Of a stretch of 61,005 nucleotides of DNA, positions 39,574 through 48,583 are shown piece after piece. Location: contig CAYMUX010000002.1 of assembly GCA_964393845.1 (NCBI GenBank), positions 4,741 through 65,745 of the forward strand. Reading direction: 5' to 3'. Under the pieces are notes generated by a model. It saw nothing but the letters and a program-made list of their open reading frames with translations, searched no databases and was not told the DNA's origin. Position 1 is the stretch's first letter, and the number at the start of each line of letters is the position of its first letter. Origin of the DNA: an uncultured Nitrospiraceae bacterium. Its GTDB lineage: Bacteria; Nitrospirota; Thermodesulfovibrionia; UBA6902. A program made the translations under genes and the position numbers.

Positions 39574-41151
39574 CTATTTCGGGAATACTGCTATTCCATA
39601 AGGACTCCTGCCGACAGGGATAACTTCCTCTTCCCTCTTTGTCGTTTTGTCAATAATGGATATATTATCCGATCCTCTGTTTACCACATAAAGTTTCCTG
39701 CCCTCCGGGTCTAATATAAAAGACCTTGGAGAACTCCCGACAGGAATGGTTCCGATGACCGGGGGCATTATTGTCTTAAGGGAATCAAGCCCCTCGGCAA
39801 AGGGTCTGATAATCATTATTTCACCGGGGACCTCTTTAAGAAGATAAATCCTGTCAAAGACAGGATCGGAGATCACATCTATAATAGAAAATCCAACATT
39901 ATTAATGGCGCTGACAGCATTGGATATGTTACCTTTAACAGTTTGCAGGATATCAATAACAGAAAGTTTATCGGAGTCATAATTAGCTATATAAACTTTA
40001 CCTCTCTGATAGTCCATATTAATTGCAACAGGCCTCCATTCTGCGCTAAGCGTTATAACTTCCGCACTCCTGCCTGTTGCCGTGTTTATTCTCAACACAG
40101 AGACATTATTGGAATCCTGATTAACTACATACACATTAAGAAATCTTTCACGATAACTCTTCAATATATTTATATCATCAAAGCTGAGAAACCTCGTCCC
40201 TGTAAGGTCCCCTATCGGAGGGTCAACTGCTATCGCTACAGGACCGCGTCCTACATCTATCTTTTCCACTTCCTGATAAGTGGCAGTGTCGACTACAGAA
40301 ACATTATTGGAACCGTAATTGGCCACAAATAACAGTTCCTTTTCAGAAGATAAGCTTGCAATTGCTATCCCTCCCGGTTCCCTGCCGAATCTGATCGGGA
40401 TCTCATTTTCTATTTTGTGGGTAGTGGGATCTATCACCGAAATGCTGTTGGAAGCTGAATTAGCCACATAAATCTTTATCCGCTCCCCCTTCTTTGAAGT
40501 TGCCATGCCCTTTGGTTTTTTACCTACCATTACCGTTGCCGCTATTTCACCAGATTGTCTGTTAATAACAGAAACATTATTTGAATCCTCATTTGTCACA
40601 TAAATAAGCAATGAACTTAATTCAGGGATTTGGCTTTTGACAGTGAATTCCGGTCTGAACATGTACCCCTCATTAATGGACGCGTCTGCGTTCCAATTTA
40701 AAAATAAGGTAGTACTCTGGTTTCTTCCCAGTGAAACATCAATATCTATATCTATCCCCTTTTGGGGCAGCGCCAATTGTGCCGTTCTCCCTTTATTATT
40801 AACTAAAGCCTCTTTTACAACTAACTGAAGTTTTTTATATTTGCCCTCAGACAATATTTTTTCACCAAGAAGAATCTGACGGCCTTCAATTGTATAAGCA
40901 TTAATGCTTTGAGGGCGATTCGTAATTTCTATTGACGTTCCGTCATCTGCAATAATATTTACTGCCAAGAGCTCAAAGGTGATATCCAGCAAAGCCTTTT
41001 CAGGTCCATTCAGATAAATGATAAGCTGAGTCTTAAGTCTACCGGGCATGCCTTCCGTTTCCTCAGTTGTTACACAGCCTGTAAAAGAACCAAGCAGCAA
41101 AAGAGAAAAAACAAGAAGTAGTATTTTTATGTTTTCTTTGTTCATGGTCAT
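39574..41151 (-). CDS. Lipoprotein with an N-terminal beta-sandwich (DUF4382-like) domain and a YVTN/YncE beta-propeller
   Basis: FTGC lipobox; IYVTNEDSNNVSVI, YVANSASNSISVID and LYVVNRGSDNISII repeats. Confidence 0.85.
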   Translation of the reverse strand: MTMNKENIKILLLVFSLLLLGSFTGCVTTEETEGMPGRLKTQLIIYLNGPEKALLDITFELLAVNIIADDGTSIEITNRPQSINAYTIEGRQILLGEKILSEGKYKKLQLVVKEALVNNKGRTAQLALPQKGIDIDIDVSLGRNQSTTLFLNWNADASINEGYMFRPEFTVKSQIPELSSLLIYVTNEDSNNVSVINRQSGEIAATVMVGKKPKGMATSKKGERIKIYVANSASNSISVIDPTTHKIENEIPIRFGREPGGIAIASLSSEKELLFVANYGSNNVSVVDTATYQEVEKIDVGRGPVAIAVDPPIGDLTGTRFLSFDDINILKSYRERFLNVYVVNQDSNNVSVLRINTATGRSAEVITLSAEWRPVAINMDYQRGKVYIANYDSDKLSVIDILQTVKGNISNAVSAINNVGFSIIDVISDPVFDRIYLLKEVPGEIMIIRPFAEGLDSLKTIMPPVIGTIPVGSSPRSFILDPEGRKLYVVNRGSDNISIIDKTTKREEEVIPVGRSPYGIAVFPK

Positions 41152-43146
41152 TATTAATAACAAGTTACTACAGTTAAACTACAGACTGTTTACCATGAGT
41201 TAAATACCTGTAGTCGCTGATTAAACATATCTGCAACAATAATCCTTCCTTCATTATTAACAGCCAAATCAATCGGGTGCTGAAACCAGCCTTCCCCCCA
41301 GCCAAGCCCGCCAAATTCAAACATAAACCCGCCGTCTCTATTATAGACAGTAACTGTATGGCGCATATAATCGATAACAAACATTCTCCCGTTACGATTA
41401 TCCACCCCCATAGCTCTCGGTCGGCTTAACTTCCCGGAGCTTCCTCCCTTCTCGCCGAACTTCATAACGAACTTTCTATCTTGATCATAAACATATATAC
41501 GTCCCTCTTCCTCGCTGACAAGATATACTCTGCCGTCTTTATCCAGAATCACGTTGGTTATGATTGCTTTTTTATCTTTTTCCTCAGGCGATATGATATC
41601 AATGAGTCGCCCGCTGCCATCAATATACAGGACTCCGGGATAATAACTTGAAGCCACAAAAATATTCCCTTTTTTATCAATAGCTAAACGGTAAGGGACA
41701 AATGAATCCGGGCCTTTAAAGTCTTTTAAATAGATATCACGCTCCCAGTTCAGGCATGCATTGAAAACCGATATTCTGCTTTTTGGATTACTCTCTGTTG
41801 GAGACTGTGCTACATAAACATTACCTTTAGCATCTACAGTCAAACCCTGAGGCGTTTCAATTCCGTCCCTTTTGCTAAGTGTATACAGGGGGAAAAAATC
41901 CGGTGAAAATATAATGATTCTGCTTCCGCCGTCAATTAGATAAAACTCATTCGTGAACGCGTCTACAAATACAAAACCAGGGAAAAACAGCCTTCCTCCC
42001 TCCTCATCAGTATCTATGATTTCCTGAAAGGTAACATAAACATCTTTCTCTATCCCCTTTTGGGGCAGCGCCAATTGTGCCATTCTCACTTTTTCATTAA
42101 GTGAAGTCTTTTCAGGTCCATTTGGATAAATGATAAGCTGAGTCTTAAGTCTATCGGGCATGTCTTCCGTTTCCCCAGTTGTTACACAGCCTGTAAAAGA
42201 ACCAAGCAGCAAAAGAGAAAAAACAAGAAGTAGTATTTTTATGTTTTCTTTGTTCATGGTCATTATTAATAACAAGTTACTACAGTTAAACTACAGACTG
42301 TTTACCATGAGTTAAATACCTGTAGTCGCTGATTAAACATATCTGCAACAATAATCCTTCCTTCATTATTAACAGCCAAATCAATCGGGTGCTGAAACCA
42401 GCCTTCCCCCCAGCCAAGCCCGCCAAATTCAAACATAAACCCGCCGTCTCTATTATAGACAGTAACTGTATGGCGCATATAATCGATAACAAACATTCTC
42501 CCGTTACGATTATCCACCCCCATAGCTCTCGGTCGGCTTAACTTCCCGGAGCTTCCTCCCTTCTCGCCGAACTTCATAACGAACTTTCTATCTTGATCAT
42601 AAACATATATACGTCCCTCTTCCTCGCTGACAAGATATACTCTGCCGTCTTTATCCAGAATCACGTTGGTTATGATTGCTTTTTTATCTTTTTCCTCAGG
42701 CGATATGATATCAATGAGTCGCCCGCTGCCATCAATATACAGGACTCCGGGATAATAACTTGAAGCCACAAAAATATTCCCTTTTTTATCAATAGCTAAA
42801 CGGTAAGGGACAAATGAATCCGGGCCTTTAAAGTCTTTTAAATAGATATCACGCTCCCAGTTCAGGCATGCATTGAAAACCGATATTCTGCTTTTTGGAT
42901 TACTCTCTGTTGGAGACTGTGCTACATAAACATTACCTTTAGCATCTACAGTCAAACCCTGAGGCGTTTCAATTCCGTCCCTTTTGCTAAGTGTATACAG
43001 GGGGAAAAAATCCGGTGAAAATATAATGATTCTGCTTCCGCCGTCAATTAGATAAAACTCATTCGTGAACGCGTCTACAAATACAAAACCAGGGAAAAAC
43101 AGCCTTCCTCCCTCCTCATCAGTATCTATGATTTCCTGAAAGGTAA
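40992..43146. repeat. Tandem duplication with period 1112 bp (40992-42034 matches 42104-43146)
   Basis: Six mismatches in the leftmost ~72 bp and none seen by eye elsewhere; the NHL translations are identical. Confidence 0.93.
41190..42263 (-). CDS. Chimeric NHL beta-propeller lipoprotein
   Basis: N-terminus copied from the YVTN gene with a 62-codon deletion, fused in frame to the NHL body at TFQEIIDT. Confidence 0.85.
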   Translation of the reverse strand: MTMNKENIKILLLVFSLLLLGSFTGCVTTGETEDMPDRLKTQLIIYPNGPEKTSLNEKVRMAQLALPQKGIEKDVYVTFQEIIDTDEEGGRLFFPGFVFVDAFTNEFYLIDGGSRIIIFSPDFFPLYTLSKRDGIETPQGLTVDAKGNVYVAQSPTESNPKSRISVFNACLNWERDIYLKDFKGPDSFVPYRLAIDKKGNIFVASSYYPGVLYIDGSGRLIDIISPEEKDKKAIITNVILDKDGRVYLVSEEEGRIYVYDQDRKFVMKFGEKGGSSGKLSRPRAMGVDNRNGRMFVIDYMRHTVTVYNRDGGFMFEFGGLGWGEGWFQHPIDLAVNNEGRIIVADMFNQRLQVFNSW

Positions 43147-43288
43147 TGACAGTCCCCAGCGCCTGTGCCTGAAGATGTTGAGGAGTGACACATAAAAGGA
43201 TTAGAACAGGTAATAAAAGTGAGACAACAGACAGTATAATTTTCACTCTATTTATGCAAATACTCCTTTGGAAATTAATCATACTCAT
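42302..43288 (-). CDS. NHL-repeat beta-propeller protein with a signal peptide
   Basis: PQGLTVDAKGNVYVA, FGEKGGSSGKLSRPRAM, FQHPIDLAVNNEGRIIVAD. Confidence 0.9.
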   Translation of the reverse strand: MSMINFQRSICINRVKIILSVVSLLLPVLILLCVTPQHLQAQALGTVITFQEIIDTDEEGGRLFFPGFVFVDAFTNEFYLIDGGSRIIIFSPDFFPLYTLSKRDGIETPQGLTVDAKGNVYVAQSPTESNPKSRISVFNACLNWERDIYLKDFKGPDSFVPYRLAIDKKGNIFVASSYYPGVLYIDGSGRLIDIISPEEKDKKAIITNVILDKDGRVYLVSEEEGRIYVYDQDRKFVMKFGEKGGSSGKLSRPRAMGVDNRNGRMFVIDYMRHTVTVYNRDGGFMFEFGGLGWGEGWFQHPIDLAVNNEGRIIVADMFNQRLQVFNSW

Positions 43289-43496
43289 GGTTAGAATTTA
43301 TAATGATAACAGTAAGTTTCGATGTTATTCAATCTTTTTATAGCCTCATTAAATTATTTCAGCCGGAATTATTATGAGGGGTACTGAATAATAAGTATTT
43401 CTATTGCGTGCAACCGAGAATTTATCTATAGATATAGAAAGATATATTCAGTGTTATTCCTACAGGCATCAGGCAGTCAAAGAAGACCATAACTTA

Positions 43497-43538
43497 TTGA
43501 CATGAAATATTTTTTCATGCTATGTTTATACCATAAAC
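43497..43538 (+). promoter_or_regulatory. Sigma70 promoter of the glycan operon with two palindromes
   Basis: TTGACA-18-TATGTT with TG; CATGAAA-5-TTTCATG and GTTTAT-3-ATAAAC. Confidence 0.6.
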
Positions 43539-44124
43539 GATAAATCGGAGCGCACAGACAGTTATCATCCGCTCCTGTTATTAGACAAGATTGAAAAAAA
43601 ACAGTAAAGTAACACAAAGATATCCTGGCAAAAAGTGCGGGTTGGCGCTGGGACTTATCAATTTATATATAAAAAAACTGATCTCTAAAGGCTATATTAC
43701 TATCACAAACATTTCCGGAAATTAATATAAATAATTTTTTACACCTAAAGGGTTTGCAGAAAAGAGCCGTCTGACATACCATCTACTTCAAGACTATACC
43801 AGGATTTTCCGTGAGGCGAGAAAAGATTTTAGTAAGTTATTCAGTCAGTTGCTTGAGGATGGCACAAAAAAAGTTGTCTTTGCGGGTGTTGATGAAGTAG
43901 CTGAAATCGCGTATCTATCTCTCCAGAAAGTAGGGATAGAACTTGTTGATGTACTGGATAATGAGAAACTTAAAAAAGGATTTTTTAATTATGTTATCAG
44001 GCCATTGGAGGATCTGAAAGCTATAGATTTTGATTGTATTATAATTACCAGTTTTTTTAAGAAAAAAGATGTTTACTCCAGGCTTCTGGAAATGGGGGTT
44101 CCGCCTGAGAAGATTTTTTTTTAG
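43533..44124 (+). pseudogene. EPS-associated MarR-type wHTH regulator, inactivated
   Basis: Reconstructed TQR..GLALGLINLYIKKLISKGY..TPKGFAEKSRLTY. ATA at the start position, frameshift in A8 (43594-43601), TAA at 43723 and 43732; C-terminal half still open. Confidence 0.85.
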
Positions 44125-44136
44125 GGGGGGATATAA

Positions 44137-44985
44137 TTGAAAAACGAAAAAGTTACTGTTTATTGTCCGGACAGGTTTCTAAAAATGGGGTTCTTTTCAG
44201 TCTGGCAGGACATGTTTCGGAGTTTGTTCAGGAGCAGGGAATTGATATGGAGACTCTTCTTGAGAGACTTCAGCGCCAAGTACAGACAATCTCTATTCGG
44301 TCCATTTTGGGCTATTTTAAACCCTCTGATAACTGTGGGAATCTTTGTCTATCTTAATAAATCGGGGGTATTCAATATAGGCTCCACAAACATTCCTTAT
44401 CCTGCCTTTGCACTAATCGGCCTTACTGTCTGGACATTGTTTTCCACAGGTCTTACGGCGTGCAGCAACAGTATCATATCAGCCGGTGTTATGGTTACAA
44501 AGATAAATTTTCCAAAGTCCAGCCTGGTCATCTCATCAATGGGAGATGCTGTTGTTGATTTTGCAGTCCGGCTCATACTCACTGCAATAGTATTTCTCAT
44601 ATATAATGTTACGCCTGCATGGACGATTGTTCTCTTACCTCTGGTGGCCCTCCCGGTATTTCTGCTTACTTTAGGCATAGGGTTCTTCCTTTCCCTTTTA
44701 ACAGCTATTTCCAGGGACATAGTAAATATAGTCATTCTTCTCACGACATTTCTCCTGTTCCTGATACCCGTACTCTACCCGGCTCCGGAATCGGGTCTTA
44801 TTGCTATGGTTAACAGCTGGAACCCGTTAAGCCATCTGATTATTGCCTGCAGGGACATTGCCCTCATTGGAAAGATTTCAAATCCTGCCGGTTTTTGGAT
44901 TTCGTCTATTTTCTCCTTAATTGTTTTTCTTTTTTTCTGGAGGGTCTTTCATATTGTGGAAACAAAGATTGCCGAGAGGGTGTAA
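44137..44985 (+). CDS. wzm: Polysaccharide ABC transporter permease
   Basis: RDFSAKYRQSLFGPFWAILNPL, KINFP, RD, PVLYP, WNPL. Confidence 0.92.
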   Translation: MKNEKVTVYCPDRFLKMGFFSVWQDMFRSLFRSRELIWRLFLRDFSAKYRQSLFGPFWAILNPLITVGIFVYLNKSGVFNIGSTNIPYPAFALIGLTVWTLFSTGLTACSNSIISAGVMVTKINFPKSSLVISSMGDAVVDFAVRLILTAIVFLIYNVTPAWTIVLLPLVALPVFLLTLGIGFFLSLLTAISRDIVNIVILLTTFLLFLIPVLYPAPESGLIAMVNSWNPLSHLIIACRDIALIGKISNPAGFWISSIFSLIVFLFFWRVFHIVETKIAERV

Positions 44986-44988
44986 TAA

Positions 44989-46200
44989 ATGGCTGATGAT
45001 ACTTTAATAAAAGTTGAAAATATTTCAAAGAAGTTCTGCAGAGGACTTAAGCACGTAATGCTTTATGGAATGAAGGATATTGCAAGTAATGTAGTCGGTT
45101 TGCGGTCCTGTTCGGAAAAACTCCGTAATGGTGAGTTCTGGGCATTGGATGACGTCTCGTTTGAAGTTAAAAAAGGGGAAACTATCGGCATTATAGGAGC
45201 TAACGGATCAGGGAAAAGCACTCTTCTTAAATTACTGAATGGAATATTTATGCCTGACAGGGGAAGAATAGAAGTTAAAGGGAGGGTCGGGGCCCTGATT
45301 GAAGTTGGCGCAGGATTTCATCCTCTACTTACGGGAAGAGAAAACGTTTATATAAATGGCGCCATTCTTGGAATGAGTAAAAGGGAGATAGACAGGAAAT
45401 TCAATGAAATTGTCAATTTTGCCGATATCGGAGACTTTATCGACGCACCAGTCAAGCACTATTCGAGCGGCATGCACGTAAGACTCGGTTTTGCTATAGC
45501 AGTCCACAGTGAACCTGATATCCTGCTCGTTGATGAAGTCCTTGCTGTTGGAGATATACAGTTCAGGATGAAATGCATTAATAAGATAAAAGAAATACAG
45601 AGTGCAGGGAAAGCAATACTCTATGTAACACATGATATGACAACAGTAAAAAAAATGTGCAACAGTTGTATATGGCTTAATGAAGGCCATATGATGAAAG
45701 CAGGAGAACCCAATGAAGTCGTTGACCACTGTGTCGATTATCTAAGGAGCAGGGAGACCGGACCGCATAGAGAAATTACATCAATCAGTGACACAATGCA
45801 TATAATAAAAATATGGACGGAGGATTCCGAGGGCGCTGTGAAGGAAAACTTTCAGTTTGGAGAAACCGTTGTAGTTTGTGTTCAATACAGGCTTCTGAAA
45901 GATATTGATAAATTGATTTTCGGTGTTGCCCTCTTTACGAATGATAATATCTGCATTTCAGCGTTAAATACAGGACTGGACGGCATAGAGATAAAACCTA
46001 AAAGGGGTTTGAATGAGGTGAGAGTGGAATATCCGAGAATTAACCTGCTCGGCGGGAGCTATTACGTTGACATTGGTTTTTTTGAGGACAGGGCAGTTGC
46101 TCCCTTTGTTTATATGAATAAGGCTTATAAACTTAAAATAAGCAGCCCTTTTGTTGGAGAGGGGCTTCTTATTATGGACCACAAATGGCAAAACAACTGA
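44989..46200 (+). CDS. wzt: Polysaccharide ABC transporter ATPase with a C-terminal carbohydrate-binding domain
   Basis: GANGSGKST, YSSGMHVRLGFA, DEVLAVGD; roughly 140-aa beta-rich extension. Confidence 0.93.
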   Translation: MADDTLIKVENISKKFCRGLKHVMLYGMKDIASNVVGLRSCSEKLRNGEFWALDDVSFEVKKGETIGIIGANGSGKSTLLKLLNGIFMPDRGRIEVKGRVGALIEVGAGFHPLLTGRENVYINGAILGMSKREIDRKFNEIVNFADIGDFIDAPVKHYSSGMHVRLGFAIAVHSEPDILLVDEVLAVGDIQFRMKCINKIKEIQSAGKAILYVTHDMTTVKKMCNSCIWLNEGHMMKAGEPNEVVDHCVDYLRSRETGPHREITSISDTMHIIKIWTEDSEGAVKENFQFGETVVVCVQYRLLKDIDKLIFGVALFTNDNICISALNTGLDGIEIKPKRGLNEVRVEYPRINLLGGSYYVDIGFFEDRAVAPFVYMNKAYKLKISSPFVGEGLLIMDHKWQNN

Positions 46201-47633
46201 AGATAGGACTGATACAGGCATTCAACGAGCTAGATGTTCAGTGGCACAGACCTTTATTTTTCGGATATCTGAAGGCATATGCAGATAAATATCTTGACAA
46301 TGGGGTTGATATTCAATTCATAGAAAAGCCGGAGCATTTTGAGGGCTTTGACATTGTCGGAATCTCATCCACTTCACAGGATTTTTCACGGGCAACTGAA
46401 CTAGCCCGAACCTTTAAGAAAACCGATAATAAGACAATCATAATTATTGGAGGGCATCATATTACGTATCTTCCCGAGACTCTTACTGAAGAATATGATC
46501 TCGGGATTATGGGTGAGGGGGAAGAGACGTTTCTGGAACTCGTCCGTTATTTTTTGGATCATGGCCCCAGGTTGAAAAAAGAGGAGCTGAAAAAAATTAA
46601 GGGAATTGTATTCCGCGATAATGGACATATTATAATTACTGAAAAAAGGGATTTGATTTCACCGCTGGATAAAATACCTTTCCCCTACAGGGCAGAAGAC
46701 AGCGCCCCTTATATTTTTTCATCGCGGGGATGTCCTTATAAATGTTCTTTCTGCAGCAGCGCCGCGTTCTGGAAGAAAACGAGATTTTACAGCGCCGAAT
46801 ATGTTGTAAGAGAAGTGGAACATATTCTGGAGCGATATCCGGATATACAGAATATAACTATTTGGGACGATATCTTTATTGCTGACAAAGGCCGCTTCAA
46901 CAAATTCGTAGAGCTTGTAGATGAAAAGGGAATAAACAAGAGAGTCCCTTTTACTTTTACAGTCAGGGCAAATCTTGTAGATGACAAATTGTGCGGATTA
47001 TTAAAGAGGATTAATGTCTCTGCTGTAGGTTTCGGTGCAGAGTCGGGATCAGACAGGATACTGAAACTGCTCAATAAAGGCGCTACCGTAGAAATAAACC
47101 AGAAGGCCTTAGATACACTCTATAACCATGGAATTCGCGCCGGATGCTCCTTTATTGTAGGCGCGCCTGGTGAAACTGAAAGCGAGGTCCGAAGCACATA
47201 TGAATTCGCGATAAAAAACATTCTTGAAGGGAAACTCGGCCCTGACTGTCCTGTGAATATAATGATGCCCCTGCCGGGGACGGAATTGTGGGACAACGCA
47301 TTGAAATCAGGCATCCTTGACATAAGCAGGATGGAGTGGAAACGCCTTTCTGTTTTTGCTTCCTATCGCCATTCAAAGATAAATAATTTTAAGACATGGG
47401 TGGAATACAGGCGTAAGAATAACTCTGTATATCTTGCTGAGGACACACTGCCTCAGGAACGGCTGTATGAACTCATGTATTTTTATGAAGGCATTATCAG
47501 CGCACTGGAGAAAAACAGGGAATTACAGGAAAAAGAAGGAATGCTTACTTCTGTTCTGCAGAGCAAAACATGGCAGCTTACAGCTCCCATAAGGCAGGCT
47601 ATCAGTTTAATCAGAGGAAAATATAATGTTTAA
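46185..47633 (+). CDS. Cobalamin-binding radical SAM enzyme
   Basis: IGGHH..GEGE B12-binding region, SRGCPYKCSFC, GAESGS, PLPGT; C-terminal SKTWQLTAPIR. Confidence 0.88.
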   Translation: MAKQLKIGLIQAFNELDVQWHRPLFFGYLKAYADKYLDNGVDIQFIEKPEHFEGFDIVGISSTSQDFSRATELARTFKKTDNKTIIIIGGHHITYLPETLTEEYDLGIMGEGEETFLELVRYFLDHGPRLKKEELKKIKGIVFRDNGHIIITEKRDLISPLDKIPFPYRAEDSAPYIFSSRGCPYKCSFCSSAAFWKKTRFYSAEYVVREVEHILERYPDIQNITIWDDIFIADKGRFNKFVELVDEKGINKRVPFTFTVRANLVDDKLCGLLKRINVSAVGFGAESGSDRILKLLNKGATVEINQKALDTLYNHGIRAGCSFIVGAPGETESEVRSTYEFAIKNILEGKLGPDCPVNIMMPLPGTELWDNALKSGILDISRMEWKRLSVFASYRHSKINNFKTWVEYRRKNNSVYLAEDTLPQERLYELMYFYEGIISALEKNRELQEKEGMLTSVLQSKTWQLTAPIRQAISLIRGKYNV

Positions 47634-48519
47634 ATATCCCTGGCAGGATATCAATGCGAATGCGAATGATGCTGCTGCCAAGCTGTTACGGCTTGTAGGC
47701 ACAGAGAAAACGGTCCTCGAAGTGGGCTGCGCTTCAGGCTACGTTTCAAAGGTAATGAAAGAGCAGTTCAACTGCGCTGTGACGGGAATAGAAAAGGACC
47801 CTGATGCGGCAAAGGAAGCTTCGGCATACTGCAAGAACGTTTTAATCGGTGATATAGAAAGTAATGATTTATTAAAGCAAATAGAAGATGAAAAGTTCGA
47901 TGTAATAACCTTTGGAGATGTGCTGGAACACTTAAGAAACCCCGGGGAGATATTGACCAGGATCAAACACTTGCTCAATGATAATGGATATATTGTCGCT
48001 TCAATACCGAACATTGCCCATATTTCGATAGCCCTTGAATTACTGGAGGGGCGCTTTGATTACAGACCGATGGGCCTTCTTGACAGTTCACACGTCAGGT
48101 TCTTCACAAAAGAGAGTGTTCGGAAATTATTCAGAGAAGCAGGTTTTGAAATTATCATCTGGGACAGGGTTATCGTCAAACCGGAAGAAACAGAATTTAA
48201 AACAGCGCTGCAGAAATATCCTCTCAGCCTGTTGTCTTTCTTTGGAGGAAAAAGCGAAGCAGAGACATACCAGTTCGTTATAAAGGCCGTATCTGCCGAT
48301 AATCAGGATGATATGTCGCTTCATGATAAGGCTGAGAGCTCCGCGCTTGAAGAAATAAGAGAGAAGGTTACAGAGCAGGAACTGACTATGAGAGAACTGA
48401 AGAAGAATTATATTGCGCTGGAATCAAAGCTCGATGCAATGAGTAACTCCTGGAGCTGGAAAATAACGGCTCCGTTGAGGTGGCTTTACGGCCTATTTAA
48501 AAAAGAGTCGGGAGGGTAG
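47626..48519 (+). CDS. Class I SAM methyltransferase with a coiled-coil tail
   Basis: VLEVGCASG, DVLEHL, SIPN; coiled coil then SWSWKITAPLR. Confidence 0.88.
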   Translation: MFKYPWQDINANANDAAAKLLRLVGTEKTVLEVGCASGYVSKVMKEQFNCAVTGIEKDPDAAKEASAYCKNVLIGDIESNDLLKQIEDEKFDVITFGDVLEHLRNPGEILTRIKHLLNDNGYIVASIPNIAHISIALELLEGRFDYRPMGLLDSSHVRFFTKESVRKLFREAGFEIIIWDRVIVKPEETEFKTALQKYPLSLLSFFGGKSEAETYQFVIKAVSADNQDDMSLHDKAESSALEEIREKVTEQELTMRELKKNYIALESKLDAMSNSWSWKITAPLRWLYGLFKKESGG

Positions 48520-48583
48520 ATTCATCCTGGTTTATTCACTTGCCGTTCAAGAAGACAGCTCTTCAGAAAATCAATAAGAAACC

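Noticed and set aside
41174-42492. Two identical 68-aa ORFs (41174-41380 and 42286-42492)
   Set aside because: Alternative-frame by-products of the duplicated NHL 3' end.
8503-43288. ComEC and the NHL protein both begin MSMINF
   Set aside because: Similarity stops after six codons and is treated as coincidence.
44114-44130. T9 and G7 tracts as a phase-variation switch
   Set aside because: They sit at the end of a pseudogene and in the wzm SD; no coding frame depends on them.
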